Shown: positions 46,901 to 58,158 of the stretch, piece after piece | Position numbering within the stretch: position 1 is the first letter of the stretch | Layout of the letters: each line of letters begins with the position of its first letter | Assembly: GCA_964187785.1 (NCBI GenBank) | Contig: OZ076413.1 | Coordinates: forward strand, 50,470,001-50,534,000 | Length of the DNA: 64,000 bases | Reading direction: 5' to 3' | DNA from: Amphiscolops sp. MND2022 | Taxonomy: Eukaryota | Notes under the pieces: model-generated | Databases searched by the model: none | What the model was told of the DNA's origin: nothing | Seen by the model: the letters and a program-made list of their open reading frames with translations, nothing else | Translations under genes and position numbers: made by a program

Positions 46901-49900
46901 ATGCCGCCAATGGCAAAACCATCAACACCATCGGCATTGCCGAAAATGTTAGCTTCCAGTTGGGCGGACATACCCTTCGAACCAATTTTATAGTCATCGC
47001 CGATCACCTAGGTGCGGAGGACTTTTTGCTTGGCAGAAACTTCTTGCGCACTTACAACGTTCTCGTGGACCTGACGGCCATGAGGGTCACCATACGAGAC
47101 CCCAAAGCGCCACGCCACTTCAAACCCGTCCATGAGGTAAGTGACCACGAGCCATCCTTAGTGATATCCACCGAAAAAGTAGTCCTAGGCCCTTATGAGC
47201 GTAAACTGGTGCGAGCCCAAGTTATTTCTCAAAAGCACAATGAGTACCTTTTCCGAAACGCAATGATTCGCCCCCTGGGGGTACATAAACGATGCCCCTT
47301 TGTTTCAGAAGATACATTGACGTCTGTTGGAGACGAGGGCATTGTTTTCATAGCCGTACGAAACACTGCCACCTTTGAAAACGTAACCATTCCAACCAAA
47401 ACTGTCCTCGGTAAGGCAGAACCTACAAACTTTGTGTTGCAACCTGTGGCTGCCGACACGGCAACCGAAATTGATAAACCTTTGTTTGAACAAGTTAATA
47501 GAGTTTATACCGATGAGTGGTTGAACGAAACGAGTTCGGAATATAGTTCTTTTGCTCAAAACTTTTTGTCCTCTACTGAGATGTCTGAAGAAGGGTTGTC
47601 GGAAAGTGAGAAGCGTGCTCGGACTGACCCACAGTTACTAAGACCTATACCAGGTCCAGACCTCTCTTCTGTCCTTTCTTCATGGGGGGAGGGAGCGAGA
47701 GATCAACTAGCAAGCGTCCTGAGCGAGTACGATGATCTTTTTATGAAGCATAAAGCTGACATAGGGAGGTGCAAAATAGCGAAACATCGTATAGAACTAG
47801 AGCCGGAAGCTATCCCGCATAGAGAAGGCGCTCGGCGCATGTCCACGGATAAGGCGGCGAAGGCTAATCAAGAGGTGCGGAATTTGTTGGCCCTTGGCCT
47901 AATTCAGCCCTCCTATTCACCGTGGGCAAGCGGAATAGTCATGGTCAAAAAGAAAACAGGCGAACTTCGCTTCTGCTGCGACTTCCGACCGCTCAACGAC
48001 GTAACGGTCAAGGACGCGTTCCCATTGCCCAGGATTGATGAAAGTCTATCCCGGATAGGCAATGCGAAAATTTTCACAAGTATTGACCTAGCGTGGGCCT
48101 TCTGGCAGATACCGCTAAAGAAGCGCGATAGGAGGAAAACGGCGTTTGCCTGCGAACTGGGCTTGTTCGAATGGCGGCGCATGCCCTTTGGGCTGTGCAA
48201 TGCCTCAGCCACATTTCAGCGTTCCATTACACGAGCCCTGCAACGGATCCAGCAGCGACACGGGAGTGTCGTCATGGCTTACATTGACGACATCGTTATC
48301 GCCACGGAAACCATAGAAGACCACATCGCACGAATCAAGGAAGTATTCGAGTGTCTCCGAGAGGCTGGATTCAAGATGCGTGCCGAGAAATGTGACTTCA
48401 TGCGCACGGAGACAAAGTACCTGGGGCGAGTGGTGTCCTCAGAAGGCATCAAGCCAGACCCCGAAGCAGTAATCAAAATCCAAGAATGGATGCCCCCAAG
48501 AAACAGAGAGGAGCTTCAGAGCTTCCTGGGGTTCGCGAACTATTACCGAGACTTTGTGCCGTTTCATGCAGCCAAGGTGCAACCCCTGCAGGAGTTGCTC
48601 AAGAAGAATCAGCATTTCCACTGGGAAGTGAAACACCAAGAGGCCTTCGATGCCGTAAAAGAGGCACTAGCAAATGCGACCGCCTTGGCAGCCCCAAATG
48701 AAGACGGACGGTTCGTGCTCGATACCGATGCTAGTGCGGTAGCAATAGCTGGAATCCTGCACCAGGAACAAGAACACAATGGGAAAACTATCTTACGGCC
48801 AATAGTCTTCGGGAGCAAGTCCCTAACGAAGACGCAACTGAACTATGGAGCACCCAAGTTGGAAATGTACGCAGTATTTTACTTCATAGAGAAATTCCAC
48901 TCGTATCTCGCAGGCCGAGAGTTCACGCTCCGCGTAGACAACCAGGCCCTATCGTGGCTTAAAACGTACTCCATGGACCAAGCCATGATAGGTCGCTGGA
49001 TAGCCCGTCTGGATCAATATAACTTCAAGACGATCCACCGACCTCGCACACAGCATCGAAACGTGGACGGCCTCAGCAAACGGACTAACGACTATGTGCA
49101 CCGAGAGAAAATCCTTGAGAAGTTACCGGAAGTGAGTGAAGGATTCAACTTCATGACCCAGGAAGACTATGAAGCACTCCCCACCGTGCCATACTTTGAT
49201 AAACACGGACGCCTAATACCAAACCATCCAGAGCTTCCACCGGAAGCTCGAGCCCAACTCCCACTGCTGTATATCTTGGGAAAAAGGCCCAAAATGAGCT
49301 TGCAAGAACCCCCGGTGAGTGATGCCCCGTGGTACCCCCAAATACAGTGGGAAGCGACACCCACCATCGATGAGGATCACCGACCGAGTCACATCCTCAG
49401 CATCACAACCGGAGTGCCACCGGCACGCCTAGACGCTGGAGAACCTGATCCTGTGCTTGAAGGGATGCCACCCGAATGCCAAAGACAAGCCCACGCCCTC
49501 AGAACAGTCGGGACAGAGCTGCACGAACACTTTCTAACTAGACGTGGTCTCAAAGACCTGCACCTAGCGCAAAATAGGGACGTGCACCTCCTGGCGCTGA
49601 GGAAACTCATGAAAGGCGAACCACTGGAAGACACAATGTTCCCCGAAGACGTGCAGGACTTCGCGCGACGCTACTTCCATCAAAAGAAAGACCTGCTCTT
49701 CCTGAACCCAGACGACATCCTCTGCGTCAACTACGTTCCACAACAACGTGCGCTGCACGTGCGACCGTGCATGATAGTCATGCCCCAACTATACCAACAC
49801 GAGATTTTGTATAGGGCGCACGACGAATCGGGACATCAGGGCGTAGGGAAGGTGCTAGCAAGAGTACAAGAGCGGCACACCTGGCCGGGCATCAAGCGTG

Positions 49901-52900
49901 ACATAGTCAATCACATTAAGCACTGCTTAACCTGCCAGCAAACAAAACACCCTGCCGGGAACCCCTGCTACCCCTTGCAGAACATTAACAGCAGCAATTT
50001 CAACGACTTGGTGCAATTCGACCACCTCAAACTATGCAAAACTGAGTCGGGGAACACCGGTCTCTTGGTCATGATAGACCACTTCACGAAATTCGCCGAG
50101 GCTATCCCGTGTGCCCACGACGAATATGATGCCCAAACCACAGCTAAGATCATCCTTAATAAATGGTTTGCCAGGCACGGCACTCCAGCACGCATGCAGT
50201 CGGACAATGCCACGAATTTCACAGCTGAAATCGCGCAGGAGTTAATGAAGGCATCGCAGGTAACAAAGGTGACATCCACACCAGCGCATCCCCGAGGAAA
50301 TGGACTCGTGGAGAGACAGAACCGAACGTTACTCACACTGCTCAGAGTCTACATATCGCGGCGAATGCAGGATTGGGATGAGCACATCGATGGAATCCTC
50401 GGTGCTTACAATTCAACTAGACATGCAACCACGGGATTCTCTCCCTACATGCTCCAACATGGAGCCGAAAAATCCATTCCCTTGTCGTTCATCTACCCAG
50501 AGTTTGCTGCGCGAGGATTCGATTCCAAAGAAGAATTCGTAGAACACCTTCTAGCCAGGCAACAAGAAATCCATGAACTCGTCAGAAGAAATACGCACCA
50601 AGCACAGCTAAGACAAAAGCTAAAGTTTGACCGCCACCTGAAGGCCAAAGCGCACGCCGTAGGCGATGCGGTGTGGGTATTCTGCCATATCATACCCAAG
50701 GGTGGCACCCGCAAGCTGATTCGCGCATGGCGTGGACCCCACAAGGTGACTGACGTGTTGCAGGACGGACGATTATATGTGCTAGACACTGGTCAAAAGG
50801 TCCATTACGAGAGATTAAAAAAACACGTGCCCGCCCCTTGGGTCTGGGCTGCACACCAGCCCTTTGGGCCGGATCAAAACGTAGCCATCATTGCTGATCC
50901 GTATGTAGAAGAAAGCAATGAAGAGATAGCGTCCGACATCTCTCGAGACTCTTTTCTACCAGAACAACTTCCGGAAGCGTCGTTCGAAATGGAGCCAACA
51001 GGATCGGTTCCACCTCGTACCATTCAGACTCGTACCCAAACGGCCCTCGAGCAAGGAATACCCCGAAGAAGATTCAGCCACTTCGGATACCCCTCTGACT
51101 CAGACTCCGAAAGAGAAGAAAATGAACCGCCGATCCAGAGCCCAGCACCGCCAGTAGTGTTCCCCGACTTGGACGACCTAGAACCACTGTACTCCGACCA
51201 GGAGGAAATTCAGCCAGCCGCACCTACAAATCTGATACCATCACCCTCAGGGACCTCGGCCCCACTACTATCCAATCCGTCCCTGACGGATACCCCGAGT
51301 AACTTTCCCTTGTTTGGACCCCGATTGGAGGACCCAATCGGTCCGATGGAAATTAAACCAAAGTCAGGAACTGAAGACGAAGAAGAGATAGTCCATCGCA
51401 GTCCAAATCAATGCTCAACACAACCCGATACCACGAACCGCAAAGGACGGCCTCGAGGCCGACCACCAGGTCGAGGACGACCCCGCGCCATACCATCCAG
51501 TAGAACCACGACATCGTCGCAAACCCAAACCACACGATCCAGAAGAGGCCCTAGGACAAGAGTGAGCACTCGTGCACCCCCTCGAAAGCTAGACCGAGCA
51601 ATGACTCTACCAGAGATACCCGAAAGCCAACAACCACCGGAGAACCAGAATTCTGAACCGAGACCGTCATCGCAAACATCACGATATCAACTGCGAGCTA
51701 ATAGAGCACCACGATACAAGTGTGGAACCTGTGGTTCCCGCAACTGTAGTTGCGTCAAGCAACTGACTCGCGATTCACCGGACAACCGATTGGCCCGGGG
51801 AGCGGTAGTCCCTGCCAGGGACCTCCTAATGGCCAGGGCACATTATCATCCACAACATGAGATCCTGACTGTACAAGCCCAGCGAGAAAAAGTTGAGGCC
51901 CCTCCGCTAGTACACCATCTAATCATCACGGTAGAGAAAACATTCACTAGTGTGGAGCGAGAAGTGATACCACCGCTGGAAGAAACACTCAGAGCAATGC
52001 ACGCGACATCTCCCTCCGACTGCCCCACTTACCGATTCAAGGAATGGACACCACCTCACCGAGGCGGTCTAGAGTTCACCCTACATGCCATCATACCGCC
52101 CTTGCCACCCTCAATGACGTTCGGCGAGCTAGCGGAAGAGGATAGCACCCCGGAGATGGTTCGCTGTATCACTGCACACCAACTGTGGGAGAAATATCGC
52201 ATTGCCTCCCCGCCGGGAGACATATACCAGCCCACCAATGGATGGTGGCTACTCGTCACTTCTCTCGACGCAACGACATTGGTGTCTCCCACAACTCTAT
52301 TAATGTGCTTAGAGAGCTTGCGCACTGTAACAGAACCTGAGAATACGCTCTGTTTCCACATGGCCGACATTCATCGCGGCAAGTTCCTAAGCCAACATTG
52401 GCTACAATTAATAGCGGTCATCTTCTGCCGACAGGCGAAGATACACTTCTTGGATCGGCAATCTTATACGCCGGAAAAACCCGTCACGGTCAACGAAGCA
52501 CTCTCGATAGCACACGATTGGTCATCTACCAACATGGGAGATAGACCGCTACGCCGCACCGTCTGGGAGGACCGCAAAGCGATCTTACGGCATTTAGCAC
52601 CCCAACCTAATGATGACCAGAGCAATACCACCGGCAAATGGCTCATAACCCAGCCCAAGACCAGACCGAACTACCTGCCCTGGATAACTTATGCCAATAC
52701 AGATATCCTGCAGGCCCCTGGCACTGTGATACTGTGCTGCCCTGCAGATTTGCTCTCTTACTCTGCCATCACCCGTTATGTTATTCGCGAATACGGTCAG
52801 GAAAACATATTTCGCCTAAGGCCGGCAGTTGGCACCGCAATTCGCTTAGTCCGCTCGCCAACTGCACCCTGGAATAACGAAATTTTCCTTCTATGTACCA

Positions 52901-53157
52901 GAGCATCGAATAAATACCCACTCTTACATGAAGTACTCCATGCGTGTTTGACAAATTTGATAACCCAGCTCCATCGAAACCACATTACCAGAATCCACTT
53001 GCCCATATATGATCCCGAGCGATCGATGAACCTCCTACCAGCCTGGTACGCCACGCTACGCGACCACTTTGCAGACCATAATATTGCAATAATCTTGCAC
53101 GATCGCGTCTATGTCTCGATAGCATCGGTGACATCAGTCGATTTTGGCGGTAGTTAA
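43951..53157 (+). CDS. Single-ORF Gag-Pol (3068 aa): coiled-coil, capsid, CCHC, tandem protease-like domains, RT, RNase H, integrase, C-terminal macrodomain-like region
   Basis: CFNCGDPSHFVVDC; RMPFGLCNA; YIDD; LDTDAS; HDESGH...CLTC; D-D-E; WRGPH. Confidence 0.96.
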   Translation: MTNSIGGNPFRSGYALPEAPAKMSNRPAENSKTNITENPLRYVFRTPPSVRPKINYANASRTSHTPDSQASADTNLDSTITKARKETQTVREDFQSRLAQLAQVQTRLARENNEHEMRADMIMRDMDELRKGLLEMQAEGRQNQGRLEASMASLNDLIKQRETTADARMAEVSAIMRERDRQADERMKAMTNTMQRRDMDSNVRMADLMTAMQDLTLGVKAIVSQTPAQQTQTASRVPQKYQQAEMPSTSEAPQPHYRTVAQHTVEPPRPPKLVPPATYRRDLSKASKMAKVTHTESRDAGTDPMTDPPSFDQYTRGASTSGDFHSAADETNTRRTSYYTADSSAAFRPPARTQTFRDFVPRPVATSTQRKVTTKRNLEQGKGEHSDIEEMPSVAEEAPDTPRTTQRQALAEAISTAMSKGLEPLLAVKESKNKPTKYRGTRDGNADGWMMLMKRHLEKAHPKATPLDKAWTIIEYLEHEARDYITNKSEAERDTDEKVFALLARRFGTGSSKIHIQQQFRTRNQNSEEDYMQYLDALEGLRSQGYPNEEVTVRRYEIMQRFIEGVRNFELKRNLALMYAPEQYVETPPTVEALRFTVQQYLRMRGSTRSDNYPMIPPPQQQANIPQPNQSPVAPTPAQKMQQQQPPQPAAYQQQPMPPAAYRQQPQRACFNCGDPSHFVVDCPLKDRARKPVQQQVNSCHTNPTGSWVCPSQPHGLNYDVFPASLPTQGTVAFCINCGRTERSASECMASEQMSHEEQIRAAWYAPSPSQFDGLSQDDQVRVISIAEDGGPSRPVVVTCGEKQILTTLEAPAPDCTETLISIHLLLSAEQKSRPTLTLSQLKEEFCRNVKYTIAARPLPHFAREDETKLAPIQKVKTVSPVPVAINVDGVDMKFDAIVVLEGHFPQGLYLGRQELRCYNIGVQDAQGEARIDERASLVVAFGNTIQAPIPLYGSGVSILSLKAYQKIASAHALSLLPYDIQLYAANGKTINTIGIAENVSFQLGGHTLRTNFIVIADHLGAEDFLLGRNFLRTYNVLVDLTAMRVTIRDPKAPRHFKPVHEVSDHEPSLVISTEKVVLGPYERKLVRAQVISQKHNEYLFRNAMIRPLGVHKRCPFVSEDTLTSVGDEGIVFIAVRNTATFENVTIPTKTVLGKAEPTNFVLQPVAADTATEIDKPLFEQVNRVYTDEWLNETSSEYSSFAQNFLSSTEMSEEGLSESEKRARTDPQLLRPIPGPDLSSVLSSWGEGARDQLASVLSEYDDLFMKHKADIGRCKIAKHRIELEPEAIPHREGARRMSTDKAAKANQEVRNLLALGLIQPSYSPWASGIVMVKKKTGELRFCCDFRPLNDVTVKDAFPLPRIDESLSRIGNAKIFTSIDLAWAFWQIPLKKRDRRKTAFACELGLFEWRRMPFGLCNASATFQRSITRALQRIQQRHGSVVMAYIDDIVIATETIEDHIARIKEVFECLREAGFKMRAEKCDFMRTETKYLGRVVSSEGIKPDPEAVIKIQEWMPPRNREELQSFLGFANYYRDFVPFHAAKVQPLQELLKKNQHFHWEVKHQEAFDAVKEALANATALAAPNEDGRFVLDTDASAVAIAGILHQEQEHNGKTILRPIVFGSKSLTKTQLNYGAPKLEMYAVFYFIEKFHSYLAGREFTLRVDNQALSWLKTYSMDQAMIGRWIARLDQYNFKTIHRPRTQHRNVDGLSKRTNDYVHREKILEKLPEVSEGFNFMTQEDYEALPTVPYFDKHGRLIPNHPELPPEARAQLPLLYILGKRPKMSLQEPPVSDAPWYPQIQWEATPTIDEDHRPSHILSITTGVPPARLDAGEPDPVLEGMPPECQRQAHALRTVGTELHEHFLTRRGLKDLHLAQNRDVHLLALRKLMKGEPLEDTMFPEDVQDFARRYFHQKKDLLFLNPDDILCVNYVPQQRALHVRPCMIVMPQLYQHEILYRAHDESGHQGVGKVLARVQERHTWPGIKRDIVNHIKHCLTCQQTKHPAGNPCYPLQNINSSNFNDLVQFDHLKLCKTESGNTGLLVMIDHFTKFAEAIPCAHDEYDAQTTAKIILNKWFARHGTPARMQSDNATNFTAEIAQELMKASQVTKVTSTPAHPRGNGLVERQNRTLLTLLRVYISRRMQDWDEHIDGILGAYNSTRHATTGFSPYMLQHGAEKSIPLSFIYPEFAARGFDSKEEFVEHLLARQQEIHELVRRNTHQAQLRQKLKFDRHLKAKAHAVGDAVWVFCHIIPKGGTRKLIRAWRGPHKVTDVLQDGRLYVLDTGQKVHYERLKKHVPAPWVWAAHQPFGPDQNVAIIADPYVEESNEEIASDISRDSFLPEQLPEASFEMEPTGSVPPRTIQTRTQTALEQGIPRRRFSHFGYPSDSDSEREENEPPIQSPAPPVVFPDLDDLEPLYSDQEEIQPAAPTNLIPSPSGTSAPLLSNPSLTDTPSNFPLFGPRLEDPIGPMEIKPKSGTEDEEEIVHRSPNQCSTQPDTTNRKGRPRGRPPGRGRPRAIPSSRTTTSSQTQTTRSRRGPRTRVSTRAPPRKLDRAMTLPEIPESQQPPENQNSEPRPSSQTSRYQLRANRAPRYKCGTCGSRNCSCVKQLTRDSPDNRLARGAVVPARDLLMARAHYHPQHEILTVQAQREKVEAPPLVHHLIITVEKTFTSVEREVIPPLEETLRAMHATSPSDCPTYRFKEWTPPHRGGLEFTLHAIIPPLPPSMTFGELAEEDSTPEMVRCITAHQLWEKYRIASPPGDIYQPTNGWWLLVTSLDATTLVSPTTLLMCLESLRTVTEPENTLCFHMADIHRGKFLSQHWLQLIAVIFCRQAKIHFLDRQSYTPEKPVTVNEALSIAHDWSSTNMGDRPLRRTVWEDRKAILRHLAPQPNDDQSNTTGKWLITQPKTRPNYLPWITYANTDILQAPGTVILCCPADLLSYSAITRYVIREYGQENIFRLRPAVGTAIRLVRSPTAPWNNEIFLLCTRASNKYPLLHEVLHACLTNLITQLHRNHITRIHLPIYDPERSMNLLPAWYATLRDHFADHNIAIILHDRVYVSIASVTSVDFGGS

Positions 53158-53488
53158 GAACACGTCTCGCTCTCTCCTTGGCAAATCAGGCCACTGGGCT
53201 TTTGCATTGCCTTTCGTAATTTCGAAGCACCTTAAATTTTAACAACGATGCACCGATAAGCGCAAGTTTTAGTAGCAACCACATAAAATTTTTTTTTCCT
53301 TGTGTTTGTGTGTTCGTCCTTAAAAGTTTGACTGACCACCCGTTTATGTAACGTTGTATCCCCAACTGTGACCTGTTTTTCAGTTTTGTCCTGTTGCCTC
53401 GCCTCTGCGCGGCTCCCCCACTTATCACGCCAAATCAGTCTTGCCATCACAATCTTCGGTGCTACACATTCCTTTATCATTGTTTCCA

Positions 53489-56400
53489 ATGGACCCATCT
53501 GCGCGACACCGCCTGCCTGCACCCCAGAACGCTGCGCGTGCCCAACCATCCACAAGGAGCGATCCACCTCCAATGATGAGCGAAATAGATGGTCGAGTCG
53601 ACCAACTAGCTCTTGTCCAAGACGCTCTACTAAACGGAGCGACACCCACAATGATCGCTGGCTTTGCCATGATCATCGCCCAAATCCAAGCTCAGGCAGA
53701 GTACCCTGATGTTAGCCTCACCATCACCAGCCGGGTCGGCCCGATAGAACGCTCTGCCACCTTTCGCGACGGTACCTGGCAAGGGTATGACTTGACCCAC
53801 AGCCTCATAGATCCTCGCTCCCACTTAGTCTATGGAGAGCCTACTAGGCCTCCCATGGACCAAGAGCGATCACTGCGCATTTCGCAATCGGCATTGCAGA
53901 CACAAACTACGACCCCGTTGCCCTCACCACACCCTGTGCAATTCAGCTGCACACTGCCAATCATGCCACCCCCAGTGCTAACACCGCCCATGCCTCTGGC
54001 ATCGGAAGGCATCCGACTACTCACAACCCCATCTTCTAACTTCATGCTTCCATCTACCTTTCAGGGGGGAGGGGTGCAAGTAGACAATACAACAAGCGCT
54101 ACCCTGAGCGAAGAACAGCCCAGGAGAACGGTGACGTTCAAGGACTCATATGAAGAATTGACTCAAACGTCCTCCAGAACCGAATCACAAGTCTCGGAAC
54201 CTCCATAAGTCTCAGGACCAGCCAGCCTAGTAGGCTTCCAGATGGACCCACAATTCCGAGAACGTCAGCGAGAACAACAGAAAGCTGAAAGTAAGGCGGC
54301 CAACACCGTGGTAGACCTCCGGGAGAAGATTAAAGCTGGAAAGCGAGCTAGAGAGGCGGCCGGGCAAGGTAGGCAATCGAGCTCGACCAGTATCCCGCAG
54401 CCCCCGTCTACCTCGCCCACACAACCAGAAATCAGGAGACCTAGAATAAAGAACGAATTCCTCACAAATGCAGAAAAACGACAGCTAGACATCACTGCAC
54501 GCGACGCACTGCGTCTCAAGCGGGAAATACCAACCACGACGTCACCAGAAGACCCATTACAACAGAAGTTCGAGGTCGCTACAGGAACAGGGGACCTTGC
54601 CAATAGACAGAAAATAGAAAAAGCCACGGTAGGGGTACTCTACAATCGCCCCGTCAAGAAACCCGTGTTCACTCGGGATGGATGCCCCCCCTGGTTCAAC
54701 CGCATGCGGGCAGAACTGGAGAGAGTGGATTCAACATACATGCGTGTTCCCGACGGCTTCCTCCGACAGCGCCCAGGCCGCTTTGACGAAGACCGCTTGC
54801 GAACCAAGAACTATGCGAGGGACCCCATTACAATCCTGCCCATGGGAAAGGACCTCCTACAGAAAACCAGAATAGCCTTCTTCGTCGACTCGACGATAAA
54901 GTCTTCTTTCAATTCCCACAATACCCTCATGGACGTCAGAATACTGAACATGCCCTGTACTACACTGAATGAAATGGCAGAGGTGACTGATAAAATGTTC
55001 ACCCAAGCGGGAACAGAGACTATCCCACTACCTCCGTTGTTGGTATATTCGAATGTGATAGACCACCTCGCTCTGCGAGGGACCCTGGAATTCTTCCGGC
55101 CAGACCATGAAAGGTTTACCGTGGGGTTCGTCACTGACGAGGTAACTAACTACGTGGAGACGATGGCCAATATTGCCCAAGCTATGCGCAGAAAGAAAGC
55201 CACCACTGGGACGGTGTTTATGTCACCTCCAGGCTACGTGTACCTTCCCCGGACCCTTCAGCAATTCTTGTACCTAATAATGGAGGCCGCGTACGCGAGA
55301 GATCTGGCTTTCTACATTGTGGCCCCTAATTTACGCATCAGTAACAATAGCTGGCGCCCATGTGAAGCCTCATACCCAGCCTTCATTGCCGAAGTCTCCA
55401 AGGCCCTCCAGTCATACGTCGGTTACCGCGGCAATTCCCAAATGATAGTAGATGAAGCAACAGCGTTCGATTATGGGATGGAAATGGCTCGTCGATCAAT
55501 GAACGAGCGTGGAGACCGAATAGTGAATGATCCAAATGAAAATGAGCGCAATAACCTGGTGGATAACCTCTGGTTTGAACGCCGGGACGAATCGACCATA
55601 GACGAAAAAACGTATGAGCCCAAGTTCCACAAAGAACTCACGAGTCTGATGAAGGAAACCGAAACGATTCAAAGTGATAGGAAGAATTCCTCTATCTTCC
55701 CTATAGCACAAAAATCGTTGGACGCTGAACCTGGGCAAAGATCACCCACATTAGCCATGCTGTTGATATTGGCTCAAGATATTGTACGAAAGAATGCTCA
55801 AGAGCCAACACACACATACCAAACATGGCACGATCAACTGCGAGAACCTCTGGGCCAAGTCGCGGACCGGCTAGGCATATCATTTCCCGTATTCCTCCAT
55901 AACATCTCTCCCTTCTGGCTTCCTTCCCTAGTACAGGCCGAGTACGGCCTGGATGAGCAGCGAATGCGACTATACATGGAGGCCATGGAAAGAGCCACCA
56001 TTAGTGAAATACTAGCGTATTTGATGGCCGTGGGGTTGACCATGATGTACCGAGGACCGTCAGCCCTCATACAAAAGTTCGTGCTCAACAAGGGAGGCTC
56101 AGCCCTGTTCAGCTTCCTGGTCTTTTCGCAGAATCAAAGGAGTTGGATATCTGCGCTCATTAAAACTCTGGACCCAGCGGGTTCCTTGAAGTTAAAAGCG
56201 CAACTAGATTTGAACATTTAAGCACTTCTAGTGTGGATTTATTCCACTTGGGTCAATGTTTCTGGCGTTATGCATCCTCTGGATGAGTGCCCAGCTATTA
56301 ACCGAGATCCCAGTCAGCTTCCAGGGTTCCTGTTCCCTACACAAATAGCAACGTTGATGCTCGTGGAAACAGAGGACCTGATCCCACTCATTGCTCCTGT

Positions 56401-57574
56401 AATCTGGCCCATCTTCGGCGCAGTTATGGCCTTGCGCTATCCAACGCAGGCCTTGCGAGTGGCAACAGTAGCCCCATCCCTCTCGATTCTACACTTCGTG
56501 ACCTCTAATGGGCCCCTTCAGGGTCCCACCTATCAATCAGTGATACACAGCTTTGCCAACTTGCGACCTCCCATGGCATACACCATAATCAAAGACCGCC
56601 AACAAGTGGAGCACAACTATCTTACGTTGATCAAAGCGCGAGCACGCAGCTCGCTCCCATTGCCAATGGAAATCCACCCGGTCGTTTGGTTACATACCCC
56701 CCTCAATCCAAACAATGGAGCAGTGGCAACGTTTGATGGGTGGGACGTGCCAGTTGTCCTGCGTATCTTGAGAGCGATTATCCAAAGATTGGGTGGTCGC
56801 CGAAAAGGAGAAGAACCTACTAGGTTATTATATCCCTATGCGTGTGACACTTCCAGAGCATACTGTGCAAGAGCGGAGCCCCGTGAGCATACCGCCAGAA
56901 TTTTAAATACCATTACGTGTTGGGCCCAGCCGGAACTCGTAGACCTCGCTATCCACCAGACCTTTCAACAGCTGCCAACGACTATTCCAACAGTAGCAAG
57001 AGAACCAAGCAAGAAAGATCTGCCCGTGAGCACTGACGTTCCCAGCAACCCGCGCATTGCGCTAGAGATATTCGTGCGCCTGCATGGTCTCCAGCGAGAA
57101 CATACTCGAGCTGTAGGCGAAGAATACGCTAGGGGAATACAAACATTCAAGCAGCTATTCACCCAGCATGGTCATCAAGAATTGGCGGACGGACTGCCGA
57201 ACTTAGAGCCAACCGAAGCTATCCCAGGGATCAGCGACTTGAGCGAAGCTGCCTCTGGCAGCTCTCGCACCGTCCTTCCCACACCCCACCTCACTCAAGA
57301 CACCGATGACTTATTGGTAGAAGGGGTACAAGACGATGTCCCAAACGTCATGCCACCATCAGAGGAGCCTATGACCGACAACAACTTCACGCTCTCTGAT
57401 GCCACTACTCCTGTAAGAGACGAAGCGGAGACTAATATCTCAAACATGGAGGCAGCGGACATAGAGTCAGAGCTTAACAACTTACTGACCATAGATGAAG
57501 AATACCAAAATACAGTGGACACCATGGGCAGCACTTCCATGCAAGAAGCCCCACAGAACCAGCTGTTGGAGTAA
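53489..57574 (+). pseudogene. Element 3 extra ORF (about 1361 codons in one frame, two internal TAA) with an SGNH-hydrolase-like domain
   Basis: ORFs 53441-54208, 54242-56221 and 56231-57574 share one frame, separated only by single TAA codons at 54206 and 56219. Confidence 0.8.
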
Positions 57575-58158
57575 AGGAGTCCTCTGGACCCTCCAAGACC
57601 GTTGGAATACAATTAAGCACAAAAGACCTTATCATCAAAGCATTGATGCCAACTCTTGATTTTAGTTGTGCTACACCATCTTACTAGTGCTGAAAACTTT
57701 CGGTGCAATAAAGCTTGATTTCAAAATTTTGTTTGATATATATTTTACTATGCTACCAATGCAACAATGCAATATAGCTACATCCTCTGGGCGGGTCCCG
57801 GTTCGGTGCCCTCCCGTTTTGATTTGAATTTAAAACTTCTACTAAGCCCAAAAGTTGTTGTTACTCACTTGGCCGCGCAGGGGTCCAATTTTAGAAAAAG
57901 AAATTTTAACTTGAACTGAGTGATTAGTGAAAAAACTTTTTTTTTAAAGATCCGACTGTAGAGTTTTTAACCTAGAAACCAGTGCTTTTTGAATTTGATG
58001 GCTTTAGAGTGCTAAACATGCAGTAACGAAACGAAAAGAATAGTAATGTGAAATCAACATAGTCTTGATGTAAGACCTTTTCTGTAAATCTCAGAGTACC
58101 CTTTGGGTGCGAGCATCCTCTCGTTTGCCGAGGACGACAAACTACGGCCCGGGGAGGA

